From Azolla caroliniana (Eukaryota; Plantae; Polypodiophyta), in contig JBHGNT010000020.1 in NCBI GenBank assembly GCA_043228905.1, positions 8,184,001-8,248,000 of the forward strand: a stretch of 64,000 nucleotides of DNA, written 5' to 3'. Shown in pieces: positions 1-11,800 of this stretch (positions within the stretch are counted from its first letter, which is position 1; each line of letters starts with the position of its first letter). The notes under the pieces were generated by a model, which was not told where the DNA came from, did no database searches, and saw only the letters and a list, made by a program, of their open reading frames with translations. The position numbers and the translations under genes are program-made.

Positions 1-1585
1 CCTTCTCCTTTTGCAGCTTCTCTTTTTCTTCTTGCAGTCGGTCATTAGTGGCTCGGCCTTTCCGGAGGCCTTCTTCCATTTTCCGTCTGTCGTCCTCCAC
101 CGCTTTCCGCTGCTCCCTTTCTTTTTCCCTTAATGCCTCCTGAGCTTTTAACTCCTCTCGTAAGGTTTCTATTATTTTTTCGGTCTCAGGGCCGGTTTGC
201 GAGGCTACCGGTTCCGGTTCCGGTTTTGGTTGCTTCCTTGTTGTCCCGACCGGCTCAGTGACAACTTGTGCTTGTTGAATTCCTTCCCTTGCCTGCAACA
301 ACTCCCCTTGCAATTCCTCGATTTGTGTTCGGAGCGCGACCAACTCTTGGGTTGTTGTATGCGTCAGATGTTGCCTACACGTTTCTTCTTCCTCTAACTG
401 GTCCGCTACTCCCGATAACTACTCCGAAAGCCATCTCAGCCATTGTGGCTTTGTGCTTCCTGTGTCGGGGTAACCTTGCTCACTTCTACTCCTTAACTCA
501 AGCTGTTTTTCCGGCCTTTTCTCTAGCTCCGGCGCTTGTTCATTCCTCTTCTCTGGGATGACCGGTTCTCTGATGTCCGGCAAAACCAGTGTCGGTGCTG
601 CTTCCCTCGGTACGGGTTCCGGTACTGCTTCCGCCTAGGCTACTGGAGGTGGTCCTTGCGCCCTCTGCTGAGTTTTGTCAACTGGTGGAGCCGGTCCTTT
701 CGTCCATCTCTCCCGACCTTGTCTTGCTGGGAGTCTTACTAGTGGTTCGGATGAGTCTTCTGTTTCAGCTTCCTCCTCCGGTGCGGCTACCAGACGGACC
801 TTTTGTATAAAGACCTCTGGTTCCGGTTCCGACCGTCGCAGCGTTATATTGATTGGTTTGAGCGCTACCGGTTCCTCCTCGGTCGATTTCCCTTTGCCTT
901 TTCCTACCGGTTTTGCCTTTGTTGCCGGTTCCTGTTGCTGTCGGGATGGTCCTTCCCCCCGCTGTTCTGCTTCTTCCTGGGTCCATCCGGGGGTGTGTTT
1001 CTCCAGGATATGTCGGCGCTTTGTGACCTTTTTCGGCGTCGTCTCCTGCCGACCTCTTTTCTTTTGTTTGATGGGGAGCACCGGTGGGACTAACACCGTT
1101 AGCCATTGTGCTATCCCGATCCATGGCTTTTTTCCTTCCACAAGGTTCTTGATGGCCTCCTTCAATCCTTCGGTTATGAAATGAGGCCAGTCCACTTGTA
1201 ATCCTTCGTACGCTGCAATTAAGAACGCTGCCCGGTACCTGGCTATGGCCGGGGGACGAGGATTCACGAATCCATATTCCATCATGGCGCGGGCCACTTC
1301 TCCGAACAGCAGGTTCTCTCCGCCCTGTGTTCAGTACGCCTTGCTGCTGATAGAATACTCACCGAAATATTCGAACAGGATTTCACTTGAAGGGTTTTCG
1401 ATTGTTTGAAGTCCTCCTGCTTTTATCCCCGTGAGCGCCTGCACCGCTCCTTCTGTGATTTCTGATAAATCAATCGATGCTGCCGCCTGCTCTGGTTCTG
1501 CATGTGGTGGAGCGTCGGCGATCCGCATCAATCCTTTTAACCCGTTCTCCCTCATCCATTGGCGTGCCTCCTCCGACAGTGCCAT
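1..1585 (-). pseudogene. Extra ORF downstream of pol in Gypsy A (globular N-terminal part, Pro/Glu-rich linker, coiled-coil-like C-terminus), broken by stops
   Basis: ORFs 1331..1849 and 635..1297 are in the same frame separated by one TGA. An E/K/R-rich helical-looking sequence continues to the window edge. Confidence 0.6.
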
Positions 1586-1987
1586 TGGTTCGAATTCTTC
1601 TTCTGCTGTCTGTTGTTCGGGATCGGGCTGTGTGTGCGTTGTGCGTCGGATCGCTCTTCTGTGCTTCTGCGACTGTGTGTAGGAAAATTCGTAAAAAGTA
1701 AGTCCTTTGCAAGCCTGTGTCTTATATAGTGGCTTTTGCCTCGAGCCGCCCTTTTTCGTTTCCCGCGCATGTTCATCTCCCGCCATAATTAGTATGTCCT
1801 TTCTTGCTTGCCGCGTGTGAGTGCCCACATTCCATGCTTTAAATAGCAAGTACGCGCACGTCCTTCTTTACTGCATGGCGCCTCTTCGTTGCATGGTGGC
1901 ACTCCCACCTCTTGTGATCTCCCCATCACTACTATGATTCGCGCCGATTTGGCCCACGTCTTTTTTTTTTTCTTTGTTTGGACCACG

Positions 1988-4900
1988 TCATTTTCTGGTC
2001 CCCCCCGATTTGTTCGGGTCCGTTCGCGCTGATACCGGATCCTTCTGTCGGTTTTCCGGGATAATCTTTGTCAGTATCGGTGTCGGTTCTTCCTCGGTCC
2101 GGATATCTGCAGCAACGTCTGTCGGTGTCGGTTCTCCCTCGGTCCGGATATCTTCAGCAACGTCTGTCGGTGTCGGTTCCTCATCTTGCCGGATTTCCGG
2201 GTTTTGCTTGAACGGGTTGGCTGGCATATTTCCCTTATACGGCTTTAGCCGAAACCCATTTGCCCACTTACCGATGACATCTCCAGACAACGTGCCGAGC
2301 TGATACGACCCATTGTACTCCTTGGTGATCCAGAACGGTCCGGTCCACCGAAACCGCAACTTTCCCGGCATGTTCCCCATCCATGTCTGGAATAGTAGCA
2401 CCGGTTTCCCGACTTCGAACTCCTTTTCGTTGCCACGCCGGTGTCGGTCCACGAAAGCTTTTCTCCTCCTTTGCTCCAGTTCGAGTTGTAGTAAGCTGGC
2501 TATTCGGTTTTCTTCTAATTCCAACAACGTCGCCAACCGGATTCGTTCGGACTCCTTCTCACTTAAGCGCTCCTTTACCTGGATCCATAAGGTGGGGATT
2601 TGGAACTCTACTGGCATGACCGCTTCTAAACCGAATGCTAGTCGGAACGGGGTTGTCTGGATGCTGGTTTTGTACGTTGTTCGGTACGCCCATAGCGCGC
2701 TTTGCAATTTCGTATCCCAGTCGGTCCGGTTCTCGTTGACGATTTTTCGTAGGATGTTCTGCAGAGTTTTGTTCGTTGATTCCGCTAGTCCATTGGCTTG
2801 AGGGTAGTAGGGAGTACTCCTTTTATGTACCACCGCGTAAAATGACGTCAGGCTTTCTACTACCTGCCCGAGAAAATGTCCTCCTTGGTCACTTATAAGC
2901 TCGATTGGGCATCCATACCGGCACCATATGCACTCGTACAGGAACTTTGCCGTGGACGCGGCCGTGTTGTCCCGTAAGGCCTTTGCTTCTACCCATTTGG
3001 TGCAATAGTCGGTCGCCACTATGACATACCAATTTCCGGTTCGCATTGCCGGTGGCTTGAAGGAACCGACAAAGTCCAAACCCCACTTTTGAAACGGTTC
3101 CAATGGCAAGACTGGGTGGTGTGGCATCCGGGCCTGCTCCGTGGGTTGGCCCAGTCGTTGACACAAATCGCATTCTCTGCTATACTTCACGACATCTTTT
3201 AGGGTGGTGGGCCACCACAGTCCGCTCTGCCATATTTTCCGAGCGGTTGTGTCGCCGGCATAATGCCCGCCGGCAATTCCACAGTGGGCTTCCCTGAGGA
3301 TTAAATCCTTCTCATCGCTCCGCACTGCTCGTCTCCAGATGCCATCTGCCCCCTTGTGATAGAGGGTGTCTCCAACCAAGCAGAAATGTCTGCTTCTTAC
3401 TGCTACCCTTTTCCTTTCATCGCGGTCCATGTTCTCCGGGGGTACTCCGGTGCTCAGGAACTGATGCATCTCAGTTAGCCACGTGTCTTCATCGGCTACC
3501 GTTGCATCCGTTGCCGGTTCCGTCGTGATCCGGAACAACTCGGCGTCGGGGAACTCATCCTGGACGTCGTTCCCTGCTTCTCCGGATTCGAGTCTGCTTA
3601 GGTAGTCCGCTACCGCATGCTGCGCCCCGGGTTGGTGGAAAATGTCGAATTCAAATTCCTGTAACAGCAGTGTCCATCGTGCAATTTTTCTCGTCAGGGA
3701 TGCCTTCGAGACTAGGTAGAGTAGTGCCGAATGGTCGACATGGAAGGAAAACTTCCTTCCGAGCAGATAGTGCCTGTACTTTGTGACACTATACACCATT
3801 CCCAATGCCTCGCGTTCCGTCGTGGAGTAGTTCCGTTCGGCTTTGGAGAGTTTCCGGCTTGCGTAGTACACCGGTCGGTACCATTTCGGCTCCGTGAGTT
3901 GCATCAGAACGTTGCCGATTGCTACGTCCGACGCGTCGACGAAGACGTGAAAGCTTTTACTCCAATCCGGCGGTTGCACCACCGGAGCTTGCGACAGCAT
4001 AACCTTCAACGCTTGGTAGGCTTCCTCCTCCGTCTCCGCCCATAGGAAGGGTACCCTGTGTACGGCGGTATGTAATGGTGTAGCGAAGTCTGCAAGGTGT
4101 CGTATCATCCGGCTATGCCACCTTATTTGGCCCAGGAACCGGCTTAAAGCCTTTGCGTTATTTGGTGCTGGTGCCTCGAGAATCGCCTTGATTTTATCCG
4201 GATCTACTGCGATTCCTTCCTTACTCACCACGTGCCCTAGTAAGTTGCCGCTTGCCACTCCAAAGACGCACTTGGCCGGGTTCAGACTCAACCGGTACTC
4301 GCGGCACTTCTCCAAGCACAGCCGGAGGTGATCGCGATGCTCTCCGTGCCGGCTGTAGACCACGAAATCGTCAAGGAAGACCTGCATAAAACCACGGATA
4401 TATTCGCCGAAAATTTCCATTATTATCCTTTGAAAGGTCGCTGGAGCCGTCTTTAGTCCGAACATCATCACGACCGCGACGAACACTCCCCATTCCGTAA
4501 TGAACGTTGTCTTCTCCTGGTCGGCCGGGTTCATTCGTATTTGGTTGTAGCCGCTAAATCCATCCAGGAAGTTGTAAACTTCGTGGCCGGCTACCGCATC
4601 TAACACCCCGTCCGTAAATGGTAGTGGAAACGCATCGGTCCCTGTTGCGGCATTTAGTTTTTGGTAGTCCACGCATACCCGGATTTTGCCGTTCTTTTTC
4701 GGGACCACCACTATCGGATTCAGCCAGGTTGCCTGCTTGACGGGTCGGATAAATCCGACCCGGAGGAGCTTATCAATCTCCTCCTTCACCTTTGCCGCAT
4801 AATTCGGATTCATCCGGTACCTGCGTTGAGCGATCGGTTTCGCGTCCGTACTTAGGTGAATTTGGTGCTGATAGAGCTGGGGGTCCAGCCCTCGCATGTC

Positions 4901-5308
4901 TTCGTACGACCACGCGAACACATCCTTGAAGTCTGTTAATAATGCTATCATTGCCTTCTTTTCTTCCTTCGGCAATTCCTTTGCGACATTTACCGGTCGG
5001 GGCTTGTTTGTTGTGCCGAGGTCCACCTCCTCTAGTTGGGATGCTTTTACCCTCTGGGATATCGTCATTTCCCTCTCTAGGGATTCCTGCGCTTGTCGCA
5101 GTTCCCGGATCGCCGCTTGGTCCGGTTCGTCCGGCGTCGTAATGTACGGTTCTACTGCCGCCGTGATATCCACCTCAAATAGTGGGACGATTCGTGGGTG
5201 TTCCTCGAGGTACCGCTCGACTTTCTCGTCCGGTAATCCCTCCAACATGTTGATGCTTTCTACATACAATGGAGTTGCTTCCTTACTGGCGATCACCCGT
5301 GGTTGCAT
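1988..5308 (-). CDS. Gypsy pol: reverse transcriptase, RNase H, integrase
   Basis: Motifs PIVVVPKKNGKIRVCVDY, LDGFSGYNQI, FLDD, VDASD...EREAL...DH, HHCC zinc finger, WGLDFVG, SDQG, PQANGLAE, GPF. No chromodomain. Confidence 0.95.
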   Translation of the reverse strand: MQPRVIASKEATPLYVESINMLEGLPDEKVERYLEEHPRIVPLFEVDITAAVEPYITTPDEPDQAAIRELRQAQESLEREMTISQRVKASQLEEVDLGTTNKPRPVNVAKELPKEEKKAMIALLTDFKDVFAWSYEDMRGLDPQLYQHQIHLSTDAKPIAQRRYRMNPNYAAKVKEEIDKLLRVGFIRPVKQATWLNPIVVVPKKNGKIRVCVDYQKLNAATGTDAFPLPFTDGVLDAVAGHEVYNFLDGFSGYNQIRMNPADQEKTTFITEWGVFVAVVMMFGLKTAPATFQRIIMEIFGEYIRGFMQVFLDDFVVYSRHGEHRDHLRLCLEKCREYRLSLNPAKCVFGVASGNLLGHVVSKEGIAVDPDKIKAILEAPAPNNAKALSRFLGQIRWHSRMIRHLADFATPLHTAVHRVPFLWAETEEEAYQALKVMLSQAPVVQPPDWSKSFHVFVDASDVAIGNVLMQLTEPKWYRPVYYASRKLSKAERNYSTTEREALGMVYSVTKYRHYLLGRKFSFHVDHSALLYLVSKASLTRKIARWTLLLQEFEFDIFHQPGAQHAVADYLSRLESGEAGNDVQDEFPDAELFRITTEPATDATVADEDTWLTEMHQFLSTGVPPENMDRDERKRVAVRSRHFCLVGDTLYHKGADGIWRRAVRSDEKDLILREAHCGIAGGHYAGDTTARKIWQSGLWWPTTLKDVVKYSRECDLCQRLGQPTEQARMPHHPVLPLEPFQKWGLDFVGSFKPPAMRTGNWYVIVATDYCTKWVEAKALRDNTAASTAKFLYECIWCRYGCPIELISDQGGHFLGQVVESLTSFYAVVHKRSTPYYPQANGLAESTNKTLQNILRKIVNENRTDWDTKLQSALWAYRTTYKTSIQTTPFRLAFGLEAVMPVEFQIPTLWIQVKERLSEKESERIRLATLLELEENRIASLLQLELEQRRRKAFVDRHRRGNEKEFEVGKPVLLFQTWMGNMPGKLRFRWTGPFWITKEYNGSYQLGTLSGDVIGKWANGFRLKPYKGNMPANPFKQNPEIRQDEEPTPTDVAEDIRTEGEPTPTDVAADIRTEEEPTPILTKIIPENRQKDPVSARTDPNKSGGTRK
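2060..2200. repeat. About three copies of a 48-bp coding tandem repeat at the integrase C-terminus
   Basis: Translates as repeated (D)IR(T/Q)(E/D)xEPTPTDVA units. Confidence 0.8.
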
Positions 5309-5332
5309 CGTTACTCGTACCTTTGTTTTCCC

Positions 5333-5818
5333 TCACCGGAATGTGATCATGTTCTTTTGCCAGTTCTGCTTGATATGCGCCGTTCGCAGCCATGGTCGTC
5401 CTAGCAGTAGGGGGTATGCGCCTTGTACATTCAGCTGCAGCACCACGGCCGATATCCGGAATACGTGGCCTCCGATCATTACTTCCAAATCCCGGATAAG
5501 CCCGGTCAGTCGGACTGAGCTGGTATCCGCCATGCGTAACCAGAAGGGGCATGGTTCCCATTCCCGGATGCCCAGGTTATCGCATGTCTGTCGGCTGATG
5601 ACATTTACCCCAGAGCCTCCGTCAATAATCGTTCCAGCAATTTCCTTTCCTTTCACGATTGCCGTGATCGCCGGGCTACTTGTATCGACCACCGCTGGTC
5701 CTTCCTCCGGGTTGGAGAAGAATGTCGGTGCTGGCGTCGGCTTCGGTTTGCTCACGGATGCCTGTAAGTCTGTCGTAAACCGTGGCACCAACTGTAGTAG
5801 CCGTGCTAACGGCAGCAC
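5333..5818 (-). CDS. Gypsy aspartic protease region (separated from RT by a stop/frameshift)
   Basis: IIDGGSGVNVI catalytic motif and LLLGRPWL. Confidence 0.85.
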   Translation of the reverse strand: MLPLARLLQLVPRFTTDLQASVSKPKPTPAPTFFSNPEEGPAVVDTSSPAITAIVKGKEIAGTIIDGGSGVNVISRQTCDNLGIREWEPCPFWLRMADTSSVRLTGLIRDLEVMIGGHVFRISAVVLQLNVQGAYPLLLGRPWLRTAHIKQNWQKNMITFR

Positions 5819-5863
5819 GATTTGACAGTCCTGTAGCGCTTGCCACGTCAGGTTTTCTCCTGG

Positions 5864-7839
5864 CTATATGATTTCTTCGTCTTTTGGCATATTTTGGTCT
5901 CTTACTTCTGCCGCATTCTGTTCATTGGCCTCCTTGATCCATTGCGCCGCTTGTTTTCTGATTGCCTCCTGGGCTTCCCACTCGGCGGTCTTTCCCTTTG
6001 ACCGGGTTGTGACCTGCTGTACTTCTGTTATTTCGGTTGTAACCATGTTGACTGCCGGCTGCTTGTCATTGGTTTTTCTTGGGCATTGGTTACTATAATG
6101 GCCTTCCTTACGGCAGTAATAACAGTACACCTTGTGACTGTTGCTCGTTTCTCCTTTGTCCCCGGTTTGGAGGGTGGGTATGCTTCGGCGGTCGTCTTCG
6201 GTTTTCCGGTTATCCGATACTGATACCGGGTTGTCATTCCTTGCTGCCTCCCGACGTTCCTCTCTTCGGAAAAATCCACGCTTCTTATTCTGTCGGAAAT
6301 TTCGGTTCCCTTGTCGCCTCTCTTCTCTGCGTCGTTCGTATTCTGGGGATTCGTCTCGGTCGTACCGGTCCCGGGGGTAGCTATCTCTGCGTTTCTCCTC
6401 TCGGTCATAGTTATCGCGTCTTCTATCAGCGTATCTGTTACCGTGTTTGCGTTGGTAGCGGTCGTCTCTCCGGAATCGATCTTCATCCGGGTTCTGATTG
6501 CGCGGTTCTATGTGTCGAACCGGTGCTGCCTGCCGATTTAACAGGTTATATTCGCATCGGTCCGTTGTATGGGCTCGAGAGTTGCAGATCATACATTGTG
6601 TCCGCAGGGTGCAGTCTACTGTTGAGTGGCCCGAATTTAGGCATGTTGTGCATTGTAAGGCCTGTCGGAACCTCAGGTCTTCCTCCTTCGGGGTGCCCGG
6701 TGTAACATCCCCATCGACAAGAAGGAGCTAGTCTTGTCCATTTCTAAGACCCGATCAATAACTTGGTCCATTGTGCTGGTGTGGAAATCAAGGACTCCGC
6801 ACATTGTTCGAAGTGGCTCTTTCGGCGCGGCCAAAAAGACTGCTTTGGCTTCGTCTTCGGGTGGTGCTCTCGTCAGTTGGCTGTGCAGGGTCTGAAACCG
6901 AATGATGAATTGTGGCACAGTCTCGTTCTCTTCCTGCCGGGTGGTGTAGAACTGCCCGACCAATTCCCTTTGCTCAACTTGTCTGTGAAAAAGCCTGAGG
7001 AATTTGGCCTTCAAGGCATCGAATGTGGCAAAGCTGCCCGGTAAGTGCTTTGCGTGCCATCGGGCCGCCAGTCCTTCTGAGGTCATGCCGAATTCGGCGA
7101 CTTTGGATCGTTCGGCTTCGGGCTCCGTCAGTCTTTGGGAGACATGGTTGGCTTCCCATGTTTGGAGGAATGCGTACACGTGTGCCTCCGCGTCGGGCTC
7201 ATCCCGGTACTTTGGGTATGGGTACGGCATCGTGTTATCCAACTGACTCTCCTGCTTTCTCCGCTCTCTGTTCGCTATTGGCGTCGGTGTGAGAACCTTT
7301 GGTTCCTCCGCGGTTGGTGCCGGTATCCGCTCCTTTAGTTCCTCCGCGGGTGTTGCCGGTGTCCGGTCCTTTGGTTCCTTCGTGGGTGTTGTCGGTATCC
7401 CGTCAGCCTCCCTCGGCGATTGCCGGTCACCGAACTCCAAGGTTATTTCTTCCTCTGGCTCCAGTGTTACTGAGTCTTCCGACCCCTCTTCCCCCGGGTC
7501 GTTTGGTGTGTCGTGGCTGCTTTTATACCGGGACGCAACGCTTCCGTCGCTTTCCGACTCCGCCTCAAGTGTTGCGAATGCTTCCGAGTCCCCGTCGCCC
7601 CCGGCGAGCGTCTGTAGTATCGTTTCCGCCTCTTGTAGGCTTGTTATGCTACTGCCTTCGTCGGGGACTTGCAGAACCCGGAACTGCAGTGCTTCTTCTG
7701 CGACTCTCCGAAGAGTTCTGGAAAATGACCGATCTCGCCGGATCTCGTCGACGGCTTGCTGCAGGGCTTCCCGTCGTTGCTCTCGTTCGGTGTATCGTCT
7801 CCCTCGTTCGGTGATGTGGTCGTCGTTTGGTCTAGACAT
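5864..7839 (-). pseudogene. Gypsy A gag (frameshifted) with zinc knuckles
   Basis: Retrotransposon gag-like core (QEENETVPQFIIRF). CCHC-like motifs CTTCLNSGHSTVDC, CMICNSRAHTTDRC, CYYCRKEGHYSNQC. Confidence 0.85.
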
Positions 7840-7875
7840 CCATCCCCCGGTTGTCCTCTGCACTTTGCAAGAATC

Positions 7876-7885
7876 GTGGTCGCCA
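7876..7885 (-). other. PBS of Gypsy A (tRNA-Arg-like)
   Basis: TGGCGACCAC on the minus strand, 6 nt after the LTR end. Matches my recollection of the plant tRNA-Arg(UCG) 3' end. Confidence 0.65.
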
Positions 7886-8062
7886 AAATAGTGTTGTCTG
7901 CCTGGCCGGACTAGCCTCAACACAGGTGTCTATCCGACACTTCTCCAAAGGGGTGGTAAGGATTGGATGCTAGGTTACACGCGTAAGATGATTACAATTA
8001 AGCACAGACGGTAAACAATACGAAGATATAGATAAACACACAATAATTACTTTTGTATTACT

Positions 8063-8710
8063 TGTTGGGATTTCGGTCCCTCCGGATGGGATGTCCGGAG
8101 ATGAATGACGGCAAGCCCGGAGGCTGTTACGGAACCATATGATGAAGAGTACCCGGCATGAAGCCGGATGAAGAGTACCCGGCTGCGGATCCGGATGATG
8201 AAGACCCCGGTTACGGAGCCGGATGCTGAAGACCCCGGTTACGGAGCCGGATGACGTATGTACCCGGATAGAGATCCGGATGCGGAGACATATTTGTGAA
8301 TATGTTTGCCAAGGGCCCTTGAGGCTATACTTGTAAATAGCCCGAAAGTCATATATGTATAAATATGACTTAGGGCAAACAGTTTTTGTTGTTGCTTAAT
8401 TTTCATGCGAAGTGAGAGCAGCCGAGAGAGAGAGAGAGAGAGAGAGACGAAGAGGTCGTTGCCTCTGTGTATTGCCGCCGCCTGTGGCGAAGACAGTGAG
8501 CTCAAGGTTGTTGCCTTGTAGCTTCACCAGTGTACATCCCTGTTCATAGTGATAGTTGGAGTTTGAGGACTCCCGTGGTTTTTCCCATTTAGGGTTTTCC
8601 ACGTAAAACATCCAGTGTACCTTTCTCTCTATTGTTTTGTGCATTTTGTATTTCCTGTTTTCTGTGAGTTGATCCCATTCCTCGGTTGTGGCCGAGCACT
8701 GTTTTCAACA
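8063..8710 (+). repeat. Copia 1 5' LTR
   Basis: Near-identical to 12888-13535. Contains CCGG-rich short repeats, TATAAAT and (GA)n. Confidence 0.95.
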
Positions 8711-8821
8711 TTACTTCCGTCAAAACCTTTACAAATCATCGGATCCTTTTATAGGCATCCTTTTATAGGCATCCGGCACTGTTTTCAACAAACTGGTATC
8801 AGAGCGACGGTAACACAGAAA

Positions 8822-11800
8822 ATGGAAGGCGGCGGTAGTGGGCCTCCGGGCATGATGGTGTTGAACTCACAGAACTACGCCGACTGGAAGATAAAGATGG
8901 AAGACCTTCTCATCGTCCGAGACCTGTACGAACCGATCGACAATGCCGAGATACCCAAGGGAGTAATAGAGTCGGAGTGGAAGCTCCTGAACCGGAAAGC
9001 CGTAGTGACGATTCGGCAATATGTCGATGTAAGCGTCCTACAACATGTGGCGAACGACACCAACGCATATGAGATGTGGAAGAAGCTGTCGGGCCTCTAC
9101 GAGAGGAAGAATGCGTTGAACCGGACCTCCCTGATGAGGAAAATAGTGAACCTCAAGTACCGGGACGACGAGAATATGGTGGAACACGTGAGCACGTTCA
9201 TGGGATTCGTGAACCAGCTTGCGGCGATCAAGTTCCCGTTGGAGGATGCAATGCAAGCCATCATCCTGATGTGTACATTGCCGGAAAGCTGGGAGAACCT
9301 GGTGGTGACTCTCAGCACCTCCTGCACCGAAGATAACTTGTCCCTACAAACGGTAAAGACAAGTATTTTGAACGAAGAAGCGCGTCGGAGAGATAAAGAA
9401 CCGGTCTCCGACTCGAAGGCGTTGCTTACCGAATCGGAACGGGGAAGACAATGGAACCGGAGTCCGCAAAGACGGGAGAAGTCGGGGACCCGGTCGCAGT
9501 CAAGAGGAAGACCCACATGCTTCCACTGTGGGAAGCCGAGGCACTTCCGAAAGAATTGTCGGCATTACCGAAAAGACAACGGAGCCGACGACACCGATTC
9601 GAAGAAGTCACCGGAGAGAAACGGTGCATACCGGGGAGCCACAGACCGGAGAGGTTCAGATCGGCGAGGGCAGGACAGGAAAGGAACGACGGCACTCGCG
9701 GCAAGTGAGGAAGAAATCATGCTCATCACCGAAGAAGGCGATGAGACGACCTGGGTGGTCGATTCCGGAGCGTCGTTCCACCTGACCCCGGAAAGAAGAT
9801 ACTTCTCATCCTACACAGCCGGTGAGCATGGCTGTGTTCGGATGGGAAATGAAGGTACGTGCCGGATCGCCGGCATAGGAGACGTGTGGTTGACAACCTC
9901 GACCGGATGCAAAATGCTGTTGAAGGATATCACACACGTTCCGGAGGTTCGATTGAACCTGATTTCGGCCGGGAGGCTAGATGATGAAGGCTACACAGGT
10001 AGCATCCGGAACGGCGTAATGAAGTTCAGCAAGGGGAGCCTGATAGTGGCTCGGGCCCGAAAAGTCAACACACTGTACCTGATGAATGCCCGGTTATGTC
10101 CGGAAGAGCTGAATGTGGCAGCCGACACTGCCGGTGAGCTATGGCACAAGAGACTGTGCCACATGAGTGAGAAGGGGATGAAGAGGCTTGCAGAAGACAA
10201 CCTTATTCCAGTGAAGCATGTGCACCTGGAGAAGTGCACCGATTGCCTGGCCGGTAAACAGAACCGAACCTCCTTCCACTCAAGGCCACCGACGAGACGT
10301 AGCGCACCATTGGAGTTGGTGCACACTGATGTGTGTCAGGTAGAAACGAAGTCACATGGCGGAGCCCAGTACTTCGTGACTTTCATTGATGATCACAGCC
10401 GGAAGCTGTGGACGGCACCGTTGAAGACAAAGGACCAAGTGTTGTCTGTCTTCAAAGAACTCCACGCGAGAGTGGAAAGAGAATCCGGCAAGAAGCTCAA
10501 AGCGATACGAGCGGATAACGGAGGGGAATACCGGGGACAGTTCCAGGAGTACTGTCGCTCGAAGGGAATCCGGCTCGAGTTTACTGTGCCAAAGACGCCG
10601 GAACTGAACGGGCTGGCCGAGAGGATGAACCGGACCATAATGGAGAGGGTCCGGAGTATGCTGGCGCATGCGAAATTACCCAAGGGGTTTTGGGGTGAGG
10701 CAATGTCGACGGCGACATACGTGATAAACAGATCACCTTCAGTACCTTTGGACGGAGACACGCCGCAGAAAGTGTGGACCGGTAAGGAAGTGTCCTACCG
10801 GCATCTGAAGGTGTTCGGGTGTCTCGCATACGTGCATGTGGCAAAGGACCGGAGAGGAAAGCTAGATCCAAAGACCCGGCTATGCATATTCCTCGGTTAC
10901 GGCGACGACGAGTTCGGCTACCGAGTATGGGACCCGGTCGACAAGAAGATATTCAGGAGTCGAGACATCATCTTCATGGAGGACAAGACACTCGCCGACT
11001 GGGAGTCGGAGAAGAAGATGAAGAGCTCCAAGTCGACCGGTGAGGATAAACTCTACGAGGAGCAGTCCCGACCGGCAAGAGACCGGTTAGCACTCGAGGA
11101 TCCGGCCGAAGACGGTGAAGAAACAGAACCGGCCGAAGAAGATGAAAATGATACCGGAACCGGCCCCGATCCCGAAATGGATTCGGATGAAGAAGAATCG
11201 GAAGAACCGGTTACCGAAGCTCCGGAACGGAGATATCCTCTAAGAGAGAGAAGGGCCCCCCAGAGATTTCCGGAACCAGAGCACGTGCTGCTGACCGACG
11301 AAGGGGAGCCGGAGAGCTTTGAAGAAGCAAAGCATGACACCCAGAGCCGCAGGTGGTTGAGTGCCATGCAGGACGAGATGGATTCCCTGCATGAGAACCA
11401 CACATATGAACTTGTGGAGTTGCCGAAAGGAAAGCGGGCACTTCGAAACAAGTGGGTGTTCAAGCTGAAACCGGGAGATGCCGGAAACCCCCCGAGATAC
11501 AAAGCCAGGATCGTGGTGAAGGGGTTTCAGCAGAAGAAGGGCGTCGACTTCGACGAGATATTTGCCCCGGTAGTGAAGATGACCTCCATCCGGACAGTGC
11601 TGAGCATAGCGGCAAGCATGGACCTCGAGGTAGAACAGATGGACGTGAAGACGGCATTCCTTCACGGTGACCTCGAAGAAGAGATCTACATGCAGCAACC
11701 GGAAGGATTCGAGAAGAAAGGGAAGGAGCACCTGGTATGCCGGTTGAAGAAGAGCCTTTACGGACTGAAGCAGGCTCCCCGGCAATGGTACCGGAAGTTC

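Noticed and set aside
4896-5825. 309-aa plus-strand ORF and similar antisense ORFs across the TEs
   Set aside because: Shadow frames of GC-rich gag/pol with no domain motifs.
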